This document shows positions 1-10,675 of a DNA stretch of 43,010 bases, piece by piece (the first letter of the stretch is position 1; every line of letters starts with the position of its first letter). The notes beneath the pieces are model-generated. The model made no database searches. It had not been told where the DNA came from and saw only the letters and a list, made by a program, of their open reading frames with translations. This stretch comes from Edaphobacter sp. (GTDB lineage Bacteria; Acidobacteriota; Terriglobia; Terriglobales; Acidobacteriaceae): assembly GCA_035567955.1 (NCBI GenBank), contig DATMPD010000111.1, positions 1 to 43,010 on the forward strand, written 5' to 3'. Both the position numbers and the translations under genes were made by a program.

Positions 1-61
1 TAAGGACGCGCACTTTCCCCGAAACACCACTCCTAAGCGCACAGACAAGGACATAAACGCA

Positions 62-1897
62 GTGAGCACCTCAACCGCAGTTGCCGTTAAGCCCATCTTC
101 AACATCGCCATCATCGCCCACGTCGATCATGGCAAGACCACCCTGGTCGACGCCATGCTGCGTCAGAGCGGCACCTTCCGCTCCAACGAATCCGTCGCCG
201 AACGCGTTATGGACTCGAACGATCTCGAAAAAGAGCGCGGCATCACGATTCTTGCGAAGAACACCGCCCTTTACTATCACGACAACAAGATCAATATCGT
301 CGATACTCCCGGCCACGCCGACTTCGGCGGCGAAGTTGAACGCGCTCTCAAGATGGTCGACGGTGTCGTCCTCCTCGTCGACGCCTCGGAAGGCCCGCTT
401 CCCCAGACGCGTTATGTGCTCTCGAAGGCGCTCGAAGCCGGATTGACTCCGATGGTCGTGATCAACAAGATCGATCGTCCCGATGCTCGCCCTCAGGAAG
501 TTCTCAACGAAGTTTACGACCTCTTCATCGACCTCGACGCCGACGAATCCGTGCTCGACTTCCCCGTGCTCTATACCAACGGCAAACTCGGCACTGCAAC
601 CACCGATCCCGCCGTCCCGGGCACCGATCTTCAGCCACTCTTCGAGCAGATCATCACCACGATCCCTGTCGCCAAGGGCGAGCCGGAGGGCGCAGTGCAG
701 ATCCTCGTCACCAACCTCGACTACTCCGATTATCTCGGGCGTCTTGCGATTGGGCGCGTCTTCAATGGCACCATGCGCACCGGCCAGGAGTACTCGGTCG
801 CTAAGATCGACGGCACCTTCACCAAACACAAGATCACCAAGCTCTTCAGCTTCTCCGGCCTCAAGCGCACCGACATCGAGGAGACCCAGGTGGGGGACAT
901 CGTCGCTATCGCCGGCATTCCGGGCATCACCATCGGCGAGAGTTTCTGTGACGTTGAGAATCCACAGCCGCTTCCTCCGATCACCATCGACGAGCCCACG
1001 ATCGCGATTCAGTTCAACGTCAACAACGGCCCCTTTGCCGGCCGCGAAGGCAAGTTCGTTACCTCACGCAACCTGCGCGACCGACTTGACAAGGAACTTC
1101 TCACCAACGTCTCGCTCAAGATGCAGGACACAGGGTCGCCTGACGCCTTCAAGGTGCTCGGCCGCGGCGAACTGCAGCTCGGCATCCTCATCGAGATGAT
1201 GCGTCGCGAGGGCTTCGAGATGATGGTCAGCCGTCCCGAGATCGTCACCAAAAAAATCGACGATGAAGTCATGGAGCCGGTGGAACATCTCTCGATCGAC
1301 GTTCCGGAAAACTTTGTCGGCACTGTCATCGAGCGCCTTGGACCGAGAAAGGGCGAGATGACGAAGATGGTGAACCACGGCTCGGGCCGCGTCCGCATGG
1401 AGTTCCGCATCCCCAGCCGCGGCCTCATCGGTCTGCGCTCTGAAATGTTGACCGAGACCCGCGGCACCATCATCATGAACTCAATCCTCGACGGGTACAT
1501 CGCCTATCAGGGCGAGATTCCGCAGCGTGCTTCGGGCGCTCTCATCTCCGATCGCCAGGGCACTACGACCGCCTACGCGCTCGAGGGCCTGCAGGACCGC
1601 GGCGTCCTCTTCGTCAGCGACGGCATCGAGCTTTACGAGGGCATGATCGTCGGCGAACACAGCCGCGACAACGACCTTGACGTCAACGCCGTCCGCGAAA
1701 AGAAGCTCTCCAACATGCGCGCGTCCGGTTCAGATGACGCTGTCCGGCTCGTTCCCTATAAGCAACTCACCCTCGAGCAGTGCATCGAGTTCATCGCCGA
1801 CGACGAACTCGTTGAGGTGACTCCGAAGTCGCTCCGGATGCGCAAGAAGGTGCTGCAGGCGAATCGCCGCCCGCGTAAAGGCTCCGGCAACGACTAG
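62..1897 (+). CDS. typA: Translational GTPase TypA/BipA
   Basis: G1 [23 protein letters not shown] and NKID motifs; C-terminal [11 protein letters not shown] typical of BipA; GTG start preceded by AAGGA. Confidence 0.97.
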   Translation: MSTSTAVAVKPIFNIAIIAHVDHGKTTLVDAMLRQSGTFRSNESVAERVMDSNDLEKERGITILAKNTALYYHDNKINIVDTPGHADFGGEVERALKMVDGVVLLVDASEGPLPQTRYVLSKALEAGLTPMVVINKIDRPDARPQEVLNEVYDLFIDLDADESVLDFPVLYTNGKLGTATTDPAVPGTDLQPLFEQIITTIPVAKGEPEGAVQILVTNLDYSDYLGRLAIGRVFNGTMRTGQEYSVAKIDGTFTKHKITKLFSFSGLKRTDIEETQVGDIVAIAGIPGITIGESFCDVENPQPLPPITIDEPTIAIQFNVNNGPFAGREGKFVTSRNLRDRLDKELLTNVSLKMQDTGSPDAFKVLGRGELQLGILIEMMRREGFEMMVSRPEIVTKKIDDEVMEPVEHLSIDVPENFVGTVIERLGPRKGEMTKMVNHGSGRVRMEFRIPSRGLIGLRSEMLTETRGTIIMNSILDGYIAYQGEIPQRASGALISDRQGTTTAYALEGLQDRGVLFVSDGIELYEGMIVGEHSRDNDLDVNAVREKKLSNMRASGSDDAVRLVPYKQLTLEQCIEFIADDELVEVTPKSLRMRKKVLQANRRPRKGSGND

Positions 1898-1983
1898 ACC
1901 GCGCCGGTTCTTACCGCGTGTTTCTCCGTCAGGGGGCTGAATTCGATAGGATTCGGCCACTTTTCCACTTCGGAGTGGGTTGG

Positions 1984-3381
1984 CTAGGTCTTTCGCTTAC
2001 GCGACATGTAGTGGATTGCAGCCTCGGCGGCGTGGAAGCCGCACATGCCGTGGACGCCGCCTCCGGGAGGTGTCGAGGCGCTGCAGAGATAAAGACCTTG
2101 CACCGGGGTTCGATAGAGTGAGGGAGCGGGGCGAAAGAAGAGCTGGCGGAGATTCATGGCCCCTCCAGACAGATCGCCGCCGATCAGATTTGGATTCCAG
2201 CGTTCGAGCACAGCAGGCGGGGAGACAGCCCGCGCGACAACACAATCTCCAAAACCCGGAGCGAATCGCTCGATCTGAGCTTCGATCTGTTTCACACAAT
2301 CCCGGTCGCTGCCGTTGGGGACGTGGCAGTAGACCCAGGCAGTGTGGCGGCCTGCCGGAGCGCGGGATGGATCGAACAGCGAGGGTTGGACAAGCAGAAC
2401 GAAAGGGCGCTCTGAGGTGAAGTGCCGCTCCGAGGCGGCGATCTCCTCGAGCGTTCCTCCGAGATGGACGGTCGCTGCGCGGGAGCACTCTTTCGCTTTC
2501 CACGGGACGGGCGAGTTCAGAGCATAGTCGATCTTGAATGCGCCGGCTCCATAGCGAAATCCCTCGAGTTTTTGGCGGTACGCCGACGGCAACGCCCGGC
2601 CTGCAATTCGAAGAAGCTGGCGTGGAGTGATGTCCACAAGAGTGAGATCCGTGGCCGGTAGCTCAACCGCCTCGTGACCGGTTTCGATGGAGCCGCCTAG
2701 CGATTTCAGATGGTGAGCAAGAGCATCGGTCAGCGTCTGAGCTCCCGCCTGGACGATGGGCCAGCCGCTGGAGTGCCCGGCAGCCATGAGGACGAGGGCG
2801 GTTGCGGCCGAGCCGGGAGATTCCAGCGGAAGTACGGAATGAGCCGCCATACCTGCGAACAAAGCACGGGCTCGCGCTCCAGAGAACCGCGAACGGGCCA
2901 GCGATGCTGCGGGTAAGAGTGCGGAAAGTCCGAAGCGAGCAAGCAGAAGCGGATGTTGCGGAAGGTGCTGAATCGGTCCGAGAAGTTCGGACACGAGCTG
3001 AGGGAAGTGTCGGACGAGAGGATCGAAGAGCGAGCGGTACCTTCGGCGGTCGGATGAGTCGAGGTTCGCTGCGGTGGCCTCGATGGAATGCTCGAGCAGG
3101 ATGGCGGTGCCGTCATCAAGCGGATGAGCACAGGGGGCCGACGGCTCGATCCAGGGGATATTTATTGGAAGCGACTGAAAGAAAGGGCTCGCGATACCCA
3201 TCGGGAAGACCGAAGCGCCGAGATCATGATGATATCCAGGCTGGGTGATCTTTGCTGTGGAGCAGGCGCCGCCGATGCTATTGTTGCGTTCGAGAACAGT
3301 AACGGAAATTCCCGCCGAAGCAAGGACGATCGCAGCCGAAAGGCCATTAGGACCGGAGCCGATGATGGTAGCGGAAGTCAT
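1984..3381 (-). CDS. Phytoene desaturase-like NAD(P)/FAD-dependent oxidoreductase
   Basis: N-terminal GSGPNGL Rossmann motif, IGG motif, C-terminal GLYLCSASTPPGGGVHGMCG typical of this family. Confidence 0.88.
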   Translation of the reverse strand: MTSATIIGSGPNGLSAAIVLASAGISVTVLERNNSIGGACSTAKITQPGYHHDLGASVFPMGIASPFFQSLPINIPWIEPSAPCAHPLDDGTAILLEHSIEATAANLDSSDRRRYRSLFDPLVRHFPQLVSELLGPIQHLPQHPLLLARFGLSALLPAASLARSRFSGARARALFAGMAAHSVLPLESPGSAATALVLMAAGHSSGWPIVQAGAQTLTDALAHHLKSLGGSIETGHEAVELPATDLTLVDITPRQLLRIAGRALPSAYRQKLEGFRYGAGAFKIDYALNSPVPWKAKECSRAATVHLGGTLEEIAASERHFTSERPFVLLVQPSLFDPSRAPAGRHTAWVYCHVPNGSDRDCVKQIEAQIERFAPGFGDCVVARAVSPPAVLERWNPNLIGGDLSGGAMNLRQLFFRPAPSLYRTPVQGLYLCSASTPPGGGVHGMCGFHAAEAAIHYMSRKRKT

Positions 3382-3414
3382 CGGGCGAAAAGTTGATTGC
3401 GAACCAAATGGTGT

Positions 3415-3438
3415 GAAAGGGCCGCATCGAGCGGCCCT
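3415..3438 (-). terminator. Probable intrinsic terminator after sodA
   Basis: 8-bp stem AGGGCCGC/GCGGCCCT (3418-3438), 5-nt loop, about 27 nt past the sodA stop; only a short T-tract on the minus strand. Confidence 0.55.
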
Positions 3439-3464
3439 CTCTTCTTCGTCAGAATCAGTTGGAT

Positions 3465-4082
3465 TTATTTGTAGCTCTTGGCGCTGGCGAATCGCTTGTT
3501 GACCTCATCCCAGTTGACGGTGTTCCACCAGGCGGCGAGGTAATCCGGGCGCTTGTTCTGGTACTTAAGATAGTAGGCGTGCTCCCAGACATCGTTGCCG
3601 AGGATGGGATAGCTGCCCTGGGAGATGGGATTGTCCTGGTTGGCGGTGGTGACGATTGCGAGCTTGCCGGCTTTGAAGATGAGCCAGCCCCAGCCGGAGC
3701 CGAACTGCTTGGCGGTGGTCTCGTTGAACTGCTTCTTGAAGTCTTCGAAGGAGCCGAAGTCGGCCTTAATCTGAGCCGCGATGTCGCCTGAGGGGTCGCC
3801 GCCGCCCTTGGGTTTCATGATCTGCCAGAACATGGTGTGATTGACGTGGCCGCCGCCGTTGTTCTGGACGACCTTGCGGACGTCCTCGGGAATGCTGGCG
3901 AGATCCTTGAGGAGTTCCTCGGACGACTTTTTGCCGAGTTCGGGGTGTTTTTCTACTGCGCCGTTGAGATTGGTGACGTAGGCCTGGTGGTGCTTGTCGT
4001 GGTGAAGCTTCATCGTCGCTTCGTCAATGTGGGGCTCGAGCGCCGCATAGTCATAGGGCAAGGGGGGTAGTTCGTAGGCCAC
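3465..4082 (-). CDS. sodA: Mn/Fe superoxide dismutase (Mn-type signature)
   Basis: [27 protein letters not shown] and DVWEHAYY motifs; AGGAG SD before GTG start. Confidence 0.95.
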   Translation of the reverse strand: MAYELPPLPYDYAALEPHIDEATMKLHHDKHHQAYVTNLNGAVEKHPELGKKSSEELLKDLASIPEDVRKVVQNNGGGHVNHTMFWQIMKPKGGGDPSGDIAAQIKADFGSFEDFKKQFNETTAKQFGSGWGWLIFKAGKLAIVTTANQDNPISQGSYPILGNDVWEHAYYLKYQNKRPDYLAAWWNTVNWDEVNKRFASAKSYK

Positions 4083-4296
4083 GGTAATTCTCCTGTAGTC
4101 TTTCGTTGGTGTCAGCCAGGTTTACATAGGAACAAGAACGTCCTGACCGGCGAGTTCTTTAGTCTTGTTTCGATGCTGAGCCGGGTTAGCGCGATGCATT
4201 TGGAGAGCCAGCGCAACCTCGGAAATCATAGCGCATAGCGGCATTCATCGTTGATTTACGACGGAAATGTAACCAATCTCAAAAATCTGCGCTCTA

Positions 4297-6762
4297 ATGG
4301 TTGCCATGAGTGATCTAAGTGCCGCCTACCGCTGGCTGGAAGATGACGGGCCCGCCTTCGGAGCCCCGGGTTTAGAGCCACGCTGGACCTCCAGCGAAAA
4401 GGACGCGGTGTCAACCGCGTATGCGGCCTCGAGCCGCGTCTGGTTTACCGTCTCGCACGGTACGTTGAACGAGATCTACTATCCAACGATTGACCGACCG
4501 CAGACGCGCGACATGGAACTGCTTTTCAGCGACGGTGAGACTTTTTTTCATGAAGAGAAGCGTGATCTCGCGTATGACTTTCACTACATCGACAGCAGCG
4601 CTCCCGCAGTACGAGTTAAGGCCAGCGACCTCAAGGGACGGTACACGGTAACGAAGGAGTTCATCAGCGACCCGCATCATCCGGTGGTCTTGATGAACGT
4701 CAAAATCAGCGGAGACGAGGCGGTCCTGTCGCGGCTGAAGTGCTATGCGCTGCTGGCGCCGCATCTGAGCGGCGGTGGCGCCGGCAACTCGGCGCGATCG
4801 ATCGATGTGGCGGGTCAGCGCTGCCTGCTGGCGTGGAAGGGCGACACGATGCTGGCCATGGGAGCGGACTGCGGTTTCAGCCGGTCTTCGTGCGGATACG
4901 TCGGGACCAGCGACGGCTACCAGGATTTGTGCACCGATATGAAGATGACCTGGCAGTTTGGTCAGGCGCTGGACGGCAACATCGCCGTAATGGGGGAGAT
5001 CGACGTTTCGGCGAACCGCGAGTTCACCATCGCGATCTCATTTGGCGATGGGAACCACGCGGCAATTGCGCAGTTGATGCAGACGCTGGCAACGCCGTAT
5101 GACGAGCACCAGAAGCGTTTCCTGCTGCAGTGGACGCGGTCGATTTCGCCGCCGAAGCTGTCTTCCGCGTCAAAGGATGGCGGCAAGCTGATGCGCATCA
5201 GTCACAACGTGCTGCTGACCCATGAGGACAAGACGTACTCGGGCGCGTTCATCGCCTCGGCGTCGATTCCATGGGGGAATTCGAAGGGAGACACAGATCT
5301 CGGCGGCTACCACCTGGTGTGGACGCGCGACATGGTGCAGACGGCCACGGCGCTGCTCGCGTCGGGACGGACCGACACCGCGATGCGGGCCCTGGTATAT
5401 CTGGCCTGTACGCAGCGGACCGACGGCAGTTTTGCGCAGAACTTCTGGATCGACGGCACACCGTACTGGACGGGAATTCAACTGGATGAGGTGGCGTTCC
5501 CGATCATGCTGGCGTGGCGGCTGTGGAAGATGGATGGACTGGGCGAGTTCGACATCTTTCCGTTCGTCGAACGCGCGGCGGCGTTTCTGGTTCGCTATGC
5601 TCCGGTAACCCAACAGGAGCGCTGGGAAGAGGCGGCGGGGTATTCGCCATCAACGCTGGCAGCGGTAATCTCGGCGCTGGTCTGTGCCGCGGACATTGCG
5701 CGTTCCCGTCAGGCGTCGGAGTTGGGCAGCTATCTGGAATCGTATGCGGACTGGATTGAAGCGCATCTGGATGAGTGGACCACGACAACCGAAGGAGTTC
5801 TGCTTCCGGAAGTCAAATACCACTACATGCGGATACGTCCTCCGGCTGAGGGCGAGCCGTTTTACAATCCGGCCCTGCCTGTGGGATGGATACACATTAA
5901 CAACCGCGAGCCCGGAGAGAGGGCCGATTTTGAAGCTCGCGAAGTAATCGACGCGGGGTTTCTGGAACTGGTCCGGTACGGCATTCGCCGCGCCGACGAT
6001 CCGCTGATCGTCGATTCGTTGAAGGTTGTCGACCATTGCCTGAAAATCGAAACACCGTTAGGAGACTGCTGGCGACGCTATAACCATGATGGGTATGGGC
6101 AAAAGAAAGACGGCTGCGCCTACGACGGCTCGGGTCAGGGTCGCGCGTGGCCGATCCTTACGGGGGAGCGCGGGCATTATGAACTGTGCGCGGGGCACGA
6201 TTACTCCCCGCATATTAAGGCGATTGAACGGTTCAGTTCGTTGGGAGGCATGCTTCCCGAACAGGTGTGGGACTATGCCGATATACCGTCCAAGGGGATG
6301 TACTGCGGCCGTCCGGCAGGTTCGGCGCAACCCCTGGTGTGGGCGCATGCGGAATATCTGAAGCTGCTGCGCTCGGCTGCGGATGGGCGTGTGTTTGACC
6401 GCATCTCGGTGGTGGAGGAACGTTATGGCGTTGCTGCGGGAAAGCGAACCTTTACCAACCATATCGAGATCTTCGAAGTAACCCGGCCGGTGACCACGAT
6501 TTTTTCCGGATATACGCTCCGCATCGTCGACCGCGAGCATTTTCGCGTGGTCTACACGTTTGACAACTGGGCGACGACCAACTCGGTGGAGGCGCGTTCG
6601 GTCGGTTATCCGGGCTCCTTTGTGGATATTGCTGCGGACCCGCACCTGACCGGGACCATCATCTTTACCTTGGCGTGGCCCGGGCAAGGCAACCAGGAAC
6701 GCTGGCTGGGCAGAAATATTGATGTGTCTGTGATCTCTCCGCCTGAATCTATCAATAGGTAA
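4297..6762 (+). CDS. Glycoside hydrolase family 15 (glucoamylase/glucodextranase type)
   Basis: Glucodextranase-like N-domain (LNEIYYPTID), GGYHLVWTRD, QLDEVAFP, QERWEE and SAQPLVWAHAEY motifs; start could be ATG 4306. Confidence 0.92.
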   Translation: MVAMSDLSAAYRWLEDDGPAFGAPGLEPRWTSSEKDAVSTAYAASSRVWFTVSHGTLNEIYYPTIDRPQTRDMELLFSDGETFFHEEKRDLAYDFHYIDSSAPAVRVKASDLKGRYTVTKEFISDPHHPVVLMNVKISGDEAVLSRLKCYALLAPHLSGGGAGNSARSIDVAGQRCLLAWKGDTMLAMGADCGFSRSSCGYVGTSDGYQDLCTDMKMTWQFGQALDGNIAVMGEIDVSANREFTIAISFGDGNHAAIAQLMQTLATPYDEHQKRFLLQWTRSISPPKLSSASKDGGKLMRISHNVLLTHEDKTYSGAFIASASIPWGNSKGDTDLGGYHLVWTRDMVQTATALLASGRTDTAMRALVYLACTQRTDGSFAQNFWIDGTPYWTGIQLDEVAFPIMLAWRLWKMDGLGEFDIFPFVERAAAFLVRYAPVTQQERWEEAAGYSPSTLAAVISALVCAADIARSRQASELGSYLESYADWIEAHLDEWTTTTEGVLLPEVKYHYMRIRPPAEGEPFYNPALPVGWIHINNREPGERADFEAREVIDAGFLELVRYGIRRADDPLIVDSLKVVDHCLKIETPLGDCWRRYNHDGYGQKKDGCAYDGSGQGRAWPILTGERGHYELCAGHDYSPHIKAIERFSSLGGMLPEQVWDYADIPSKGMYCGRPAGSAQPLVWAHAEYLKLLRSAADGRVFDRISVVEERYGVAAGKRTFTNHIEIFEVTRPVTTIFSGYTLRIVDREHFRVVYTFDNWATTNSVEARSVGYPGSFVDIAADPHLTGTIIFTLAWPGQGNQERWLGRNIDVSVISPPESINR

Positions 6763-6912
6763 GCCGCCCGGCTACGGAAAGGCGATGCCACCGGGATGGT
6801 GCACAGATGCAGGGAGTCGCACTGGACTAGTACACTGTCTTAGATTGACAAAATTATCGAGATTCAGCGTCGCCAGGTACGGCGCGTCTCTTCACAGAGC
6901 AAAGGGAAAAGA

Positions 6913-8910
6913 ATGAGCGAACAACAGGAATTGAAGCAGCAGGAAATAGATCAACTTTCCATCAACGCCCTCCGCTTTCTCGCCGTTGACGCTGTCGAAA
7001 AGGCCAAGTCAGGCCATCCCGGAGCCCCGCTTGGATGCGCGCCGATCGCCTACCTGCTGTATCACAAGATCATGAAGCACGATCCGTCGGATCCGAAGTG
7101 GATCGACCGCGATCGCTTCGTGCTCTCGAACGGCCACGCGTCGGCGCTCCTATATGGCGCGCTGCACCTCTCGGGCTACGACCTGCCGATGTCGCAGCTG
7201 GAGCAGTTCCGGCAATGGGGATCGCATACCCCCGGCCATCCCGAGTACGGCGAGGCGCCAGGGGTCGAGGTGACGACAGGTCCGCTGGGCCAGGGGTTCG
7301 GCATGGCGGTGGGAATGGCGACCGCGGAGAAGCATCTGGCGGCGGTGTACAACCGCGACACGTACAACATCGTCGACCACCACATCTACGTGCTGTGTGG
7401 AGATGGCGACCTGATGGAAGGCATCTCGCACGAGACGGCTTCGCTGGCCGGAACGTTGGGCCTGGGCAAGTTGATCGTGTTCTACGACGATAATCTTATT
7501 TCACTCGATGGCCCCACGGAGCTTTCCTTCACAGAAGATGTGACGAAGCGGTTTGAGGCGTATCACTGGCATGTGCAGCATGTCGCCGACGGCAACGATC
7601 TGGTGGCGATCGAGAAGGCGATTCTTGCGGCCAAGGCGGAGACGGCAAAGCCTTCGCTGATTCGTGTCCGGACTGTGATTGGCTATGGCAGCCCGAAAGC
7701 CGGCACCAACAAGGTGCATGGCGAGGCGCTTGGGGCCGAGAACGTGAAGGCGACGAAAAAGAATCTTGGCTGGCCGGAGGACAAGACCTTCTTTGTTCCC
7801 GAGGAGGCAGGCGCCAACTGGGGCACGATCAAACTGCGCGGCAAGGATGCCCATGCCGCATGGGACGATGAGTTTGCGGAGTACAAGAAGGCCTATCCCG
7901 AACCTGCAGCTGAGTTCGAACGCACCATCAAGGCAAAGCTCGCCGATGGCTGGCAGAAAAAGATTCCGACATTCCCGACCGACAAGCCGATCGCGACGCG
8001 CAACGCCGGGCAGACTGTGATGCAGGCGATCGAGAATGTCGTGCCCGAGCTGTTTGGCGGTGCGGCTGACCTGACCACCTCAACCAAGACGATCTTCAAA
8101 GATTCTCCGAGCTTTCATGTCGACCCGAAAGGCCGTAACGTCTTCTTCGGCGTGCGCGAGTTCGGCATGATGGCGATGGTGAACGGAATGGCCGCGCATG
8201 GCGGGCTCATTCCCTTCGGCTCGACGTTTTTTGTGTTCACGGATTACTGCCGCCCGGCACTCCGCCTGGCTGCATTGATGGGCGTGCATTCGCTGTTCGT
8301 CTTTACACATGATTCCGTTGGACTGGGCGAGGATGGACCGACGCACCAGCCTATCGAGCACATCATGAGTTTGCGAATGATTCCGCATCTCACCGATTTC
8401 CGTCCCGCCGATGCGAACGAGACCGCCGCGTGCTGGCAGCTTGCGCTGGAGAGAAAAGGCCCGAGCATCATGGCGCTTTCGCGGCAGGACCTGCCGGTGC
8501 TCGATGCAACGATCGCCCAGGCTGGCGCGAAGAAGGGCGCATACGAGCTCTCGTCGAACGGCAAGGACATCATTCTGATTGCTACCGGGTCCGAGGTTTC
8601 GGTGATTGTGAAGGCCGCGGAGGAGTTGAAGACTGCGGGTATCAACGCAACCGTAGTCTCGATGCCGAGCTTCAGGATTTACGAGGAGCAGAGCGACAAA
8701 TATAAAGCCAGTCTGATGCCCGAAGACACGCCGAAGCTGGCGGTCGAGGCGGGCGCGACTTTGGGCTGGTACAAGTACATCGGCCACAACGGCGGTGTCA
8801 TCGGACTGGACCGCTTTGGCGCCTCCGCTCCGGGCGCGATCGCGCTCGACAAGCTGGGCATCAATGTGGCGCACGTGGTCGAAGAGGCGAAGAAGCTGGT
8901 CAAAAAGTAG
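6913..8910 (+). CDS. tkt: Transketolase
   Basis: SGHPG, DRFVLSNGH, GDGDLMEG TPP-binding motif, GEDGPTHQP. Confidence 0.98.
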   Translation: MSEQQELKQQEIDQLSINALRFLAVDAVEKAKSGHPGAPLGCAPIAYLLYHKIMKHDPSDPKWIDRDRFVLSNGHASALLYGALHLSGYDLPMSQLEQFRQWGSHTPGHPEYGEAPGVEVTTGPLGQGFGMAVGMATAEKHLAAVYNRDTYNIVDHHIYVLCGDGDLMEGISHETASLAGTLGLGKLIVFYDDNLISLDGPTELSFTEDVTKRFEAYHWHVQHVADGNDLVAIEKAILAAKAETAKPSLIRVRTVIGYGSPKAGTNKVHGEALGAENVKATKKNLGWPEDKTFFVPEEAGANWGTIKLRGKDAHAAWDDEFAEYKKAYPEPAAEFERTIKAKLADGWQKKIPTFPTDKPIATRNAGQTVMQAIENVVPELFGGAADLTTSTKTIFKDSPSFHVDPKGRNVFFGVREFGMMAMVNGMAAHGGLIPFGSTFFVFTDYCRPALRLAALMGVHSLFVFTHDSVGLGEDGPTHQPIEHIMSLRMIPHLTDFRPADANETAACWQLALERKGPSIMALSRQDLPVLDATIAQAGAKKGAYELSSNGKDIILIATGSEVSVIVKAAEELKTAGINATVVSMPSFRIYEEQSDKYKASLMPEDTPKLAVEAGATLGWYKYIGHNGGVIGLDRFGASAPGAIALDKLGINVAHVVEEAKKLVKK

Positions 8911-8939
8911 ATGGCTTTTTGGAGCGCGACAGGAAGGCC

Positions 8940-9662
8940 ATGACCCAGGACGAAGCAAAGCGGATGGCGGCTCGGCGGGCTCTGGAGTTTGTCGAGGACG
9001 GGATGCTGCTGGGACTTGGCAGCGGCACGACCTCGAGAATGTTCATAGAAGAGCTCGGCGAGCGCGTAAAGCAGGGGCTGCGCGTGCGCGGCATCGCGAC
9101 CTCGACCGCGAGCCGGCAACTCGCTGAGTCGCTTTCCATTCCCATCATCACCTTCGACGACTCCCCCGTGCTTGATTTAGCTGTAGATGGCGCCGATGAA
9201 GTAGGCCCCGGGTTGGCTCTGATCAAAGGCGGCGGCGGCGCGCTGTTGCGCGAGAAGATCGTCGCGAGCGCTTCGCGGAAGTTTATCGTTATCGCCGACT
9301 CCAGCAAGCTGGTCTATCAGCTTGGCCGTTTTCCGCTACCTGTCGAAGTGATTCAGATGGCCCTGCCTGTCGTTGCTCGAAAGCTTGATGCGTTCGGCCT
9401 GAACCCAAAGCTCCGCTATCGTCCGGATGGCGCCACGTTCATCACGGACGAAGGCAACTTCATCGTCGACTGTTCCTGCGGTGAGATCCCCGATCACGCA
9501 AAGACGGCGGCGGAAATTCGAGGCATCCCCGGTGTGGTCGAGCATGGCCTGTTTTTGAGGATGGCGTCGTTCGCTCTGATTGCGAGCGATCAAGGCGTCA
9601 TGGAAGTCGGCAAATTGTACGGCGACCGTTACAGGAAGGCAATCTCAAGGCTTGCATCGTAA
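8940..9662 (+). CDS. rpiA: Ribose-5-phosphate isomerase A
   Basis: GLGSGTT, DGADEV, KGGGGALLREK, GVVEHGLF; ATG 8940 after AGGAAGG preferred over the upstream TTG at 8919. Confidence 0.95.
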   Translation: MTQDEAKRMAARRALEFVEDGMLLGLGSGTTSRMFIEELGERVKQGLRVRGIATSTASRQLAESLSIPIITFDDSPVLDLAVDGADEVGPGLALIKGGGGALLREKIVASASRKFIVIADSSKLVYQLGRFPLPVEVIQMALPVVARKLDAFGLNPKLRYRPDGATFITDEGNFIVDCSCGEIPDHAKTAAEIRGIPGVVEHGLFLRMASFALIASDQGVMEVGKLYGDRYRKAISRLAS

Positions 9663-9686
9663 CCGAATCATGCGCGTCCTATAGAT

Positions 9687-10565
9687 ATGGCAAACACCTC
9701 CACCCCCGCTCCCGTCTCCGCTGGTAAGGACCGCACCTGGTTCATTACCGGAGCTTCTACCGGCTTCGGCTGGGTACTCGCCGAAGAAGTGTTGAAGGCA
9801 GGCGGCAAGGTGGTTGCGACAGCCCGCAATCTCGACAAGGTGGCGGACCTCGAAGCGAAGTATCCGCAGACGGCAAAGGCGCTTGCACTCGACGTGACCG
9901 ACGCCGGTCAAGTTGATTCTGCGGTTACTCAGGCGATCGCCACGTTCGGGCGGGTGGATGTTCTGGTGAATAACGCAGGCTACGGCGTCGCAGGTGCGAT
10001 CGAAGAGGTCTCCAAGGCAGAGTACATGCCGATGTTCGACACCAACGTCTTCGGGTTGCTGGGGGTGACACGCGCTTTTCTTCCGCATCTTCGCAAGCAG
10101 CGGAGCGGCCATATCCTTAATCTTTCATCGATCGGAGGATTAGTCGCCGGCCCCGGCATCGGTTTTTACAACGCCACAAAATTTGCTGTCGAAGGGATAT
10201 CGGAAGCCCTGGCCGCCGAGGTCGCCCCGTTGGGCATTCATGTAACGATTATTGAGCCCGGACCGTTTCGCACTGACTTTTTAGGCCGCTCGGGCGTGGT
10301 CGCGAAGACTCGTATCCCCGACTACGACGCCACTGCAGGCAACATGCGCAAGTACTTCGCCGAAAACGATGGGAAACAGAAGGGCGATCCGGTTCGTGCG
10401 GTGCACGCGATGATGCAGGTCGTCGATTCGCCCAATCCTCCGCTGCGTCTGCTGCTGGGCGCAAGCGCACTCGAGCGGCTCCGCAGCAAGCTTGCAAATT
10501 GGGAGAAGGAGATTGCTGCATGGGAGCAAGTCACCCTCGCTGCGGATTTTCCGCAGGGTCAGTGA
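9687..10565 (+). CDS. Short-chain dehydrogenase/reductase (SDR)
   Basis: TGASTGFG, NNAG and YNATK catalytic motifs, EPGPFRT. Confidence 0.92.
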   Translation: MANTSTPAPVSAGKDRTWFITGASTGFGWVLAEEVLKAGGKVVATARNLDKVADLEAKYPQTAKALALDVTDAGQVDSAVTQAIATFGRVDVLVNNAGYGVAGAIEEVSKAEYMPMFDTNVFGLLGVTRAFLPHLRKQRSGHILNLSSIGGLVAGPGIGFYNATKFAVEGISEALAAEVAPLGIHVTIIEPGPFRTDFLGRSGVVAKTRIPDYDATAGNMRKYFAENDGKQKGDPVRAVHAMMQVVDSPNPPLRLLLGASALERLRSKLANWEKEIAAWEQVTLAADFPQGQ

Positions 10566-10675
10566 ACTCCCGCGTTGTATGAATAGTTTGAGAACAGAGG
10601 CCGCGTCCGCTTGAATCGTAAAAGCGGACAGATTTGAATTACCTACACAGATAAAAAAGGGAAGGAAACAACTGC

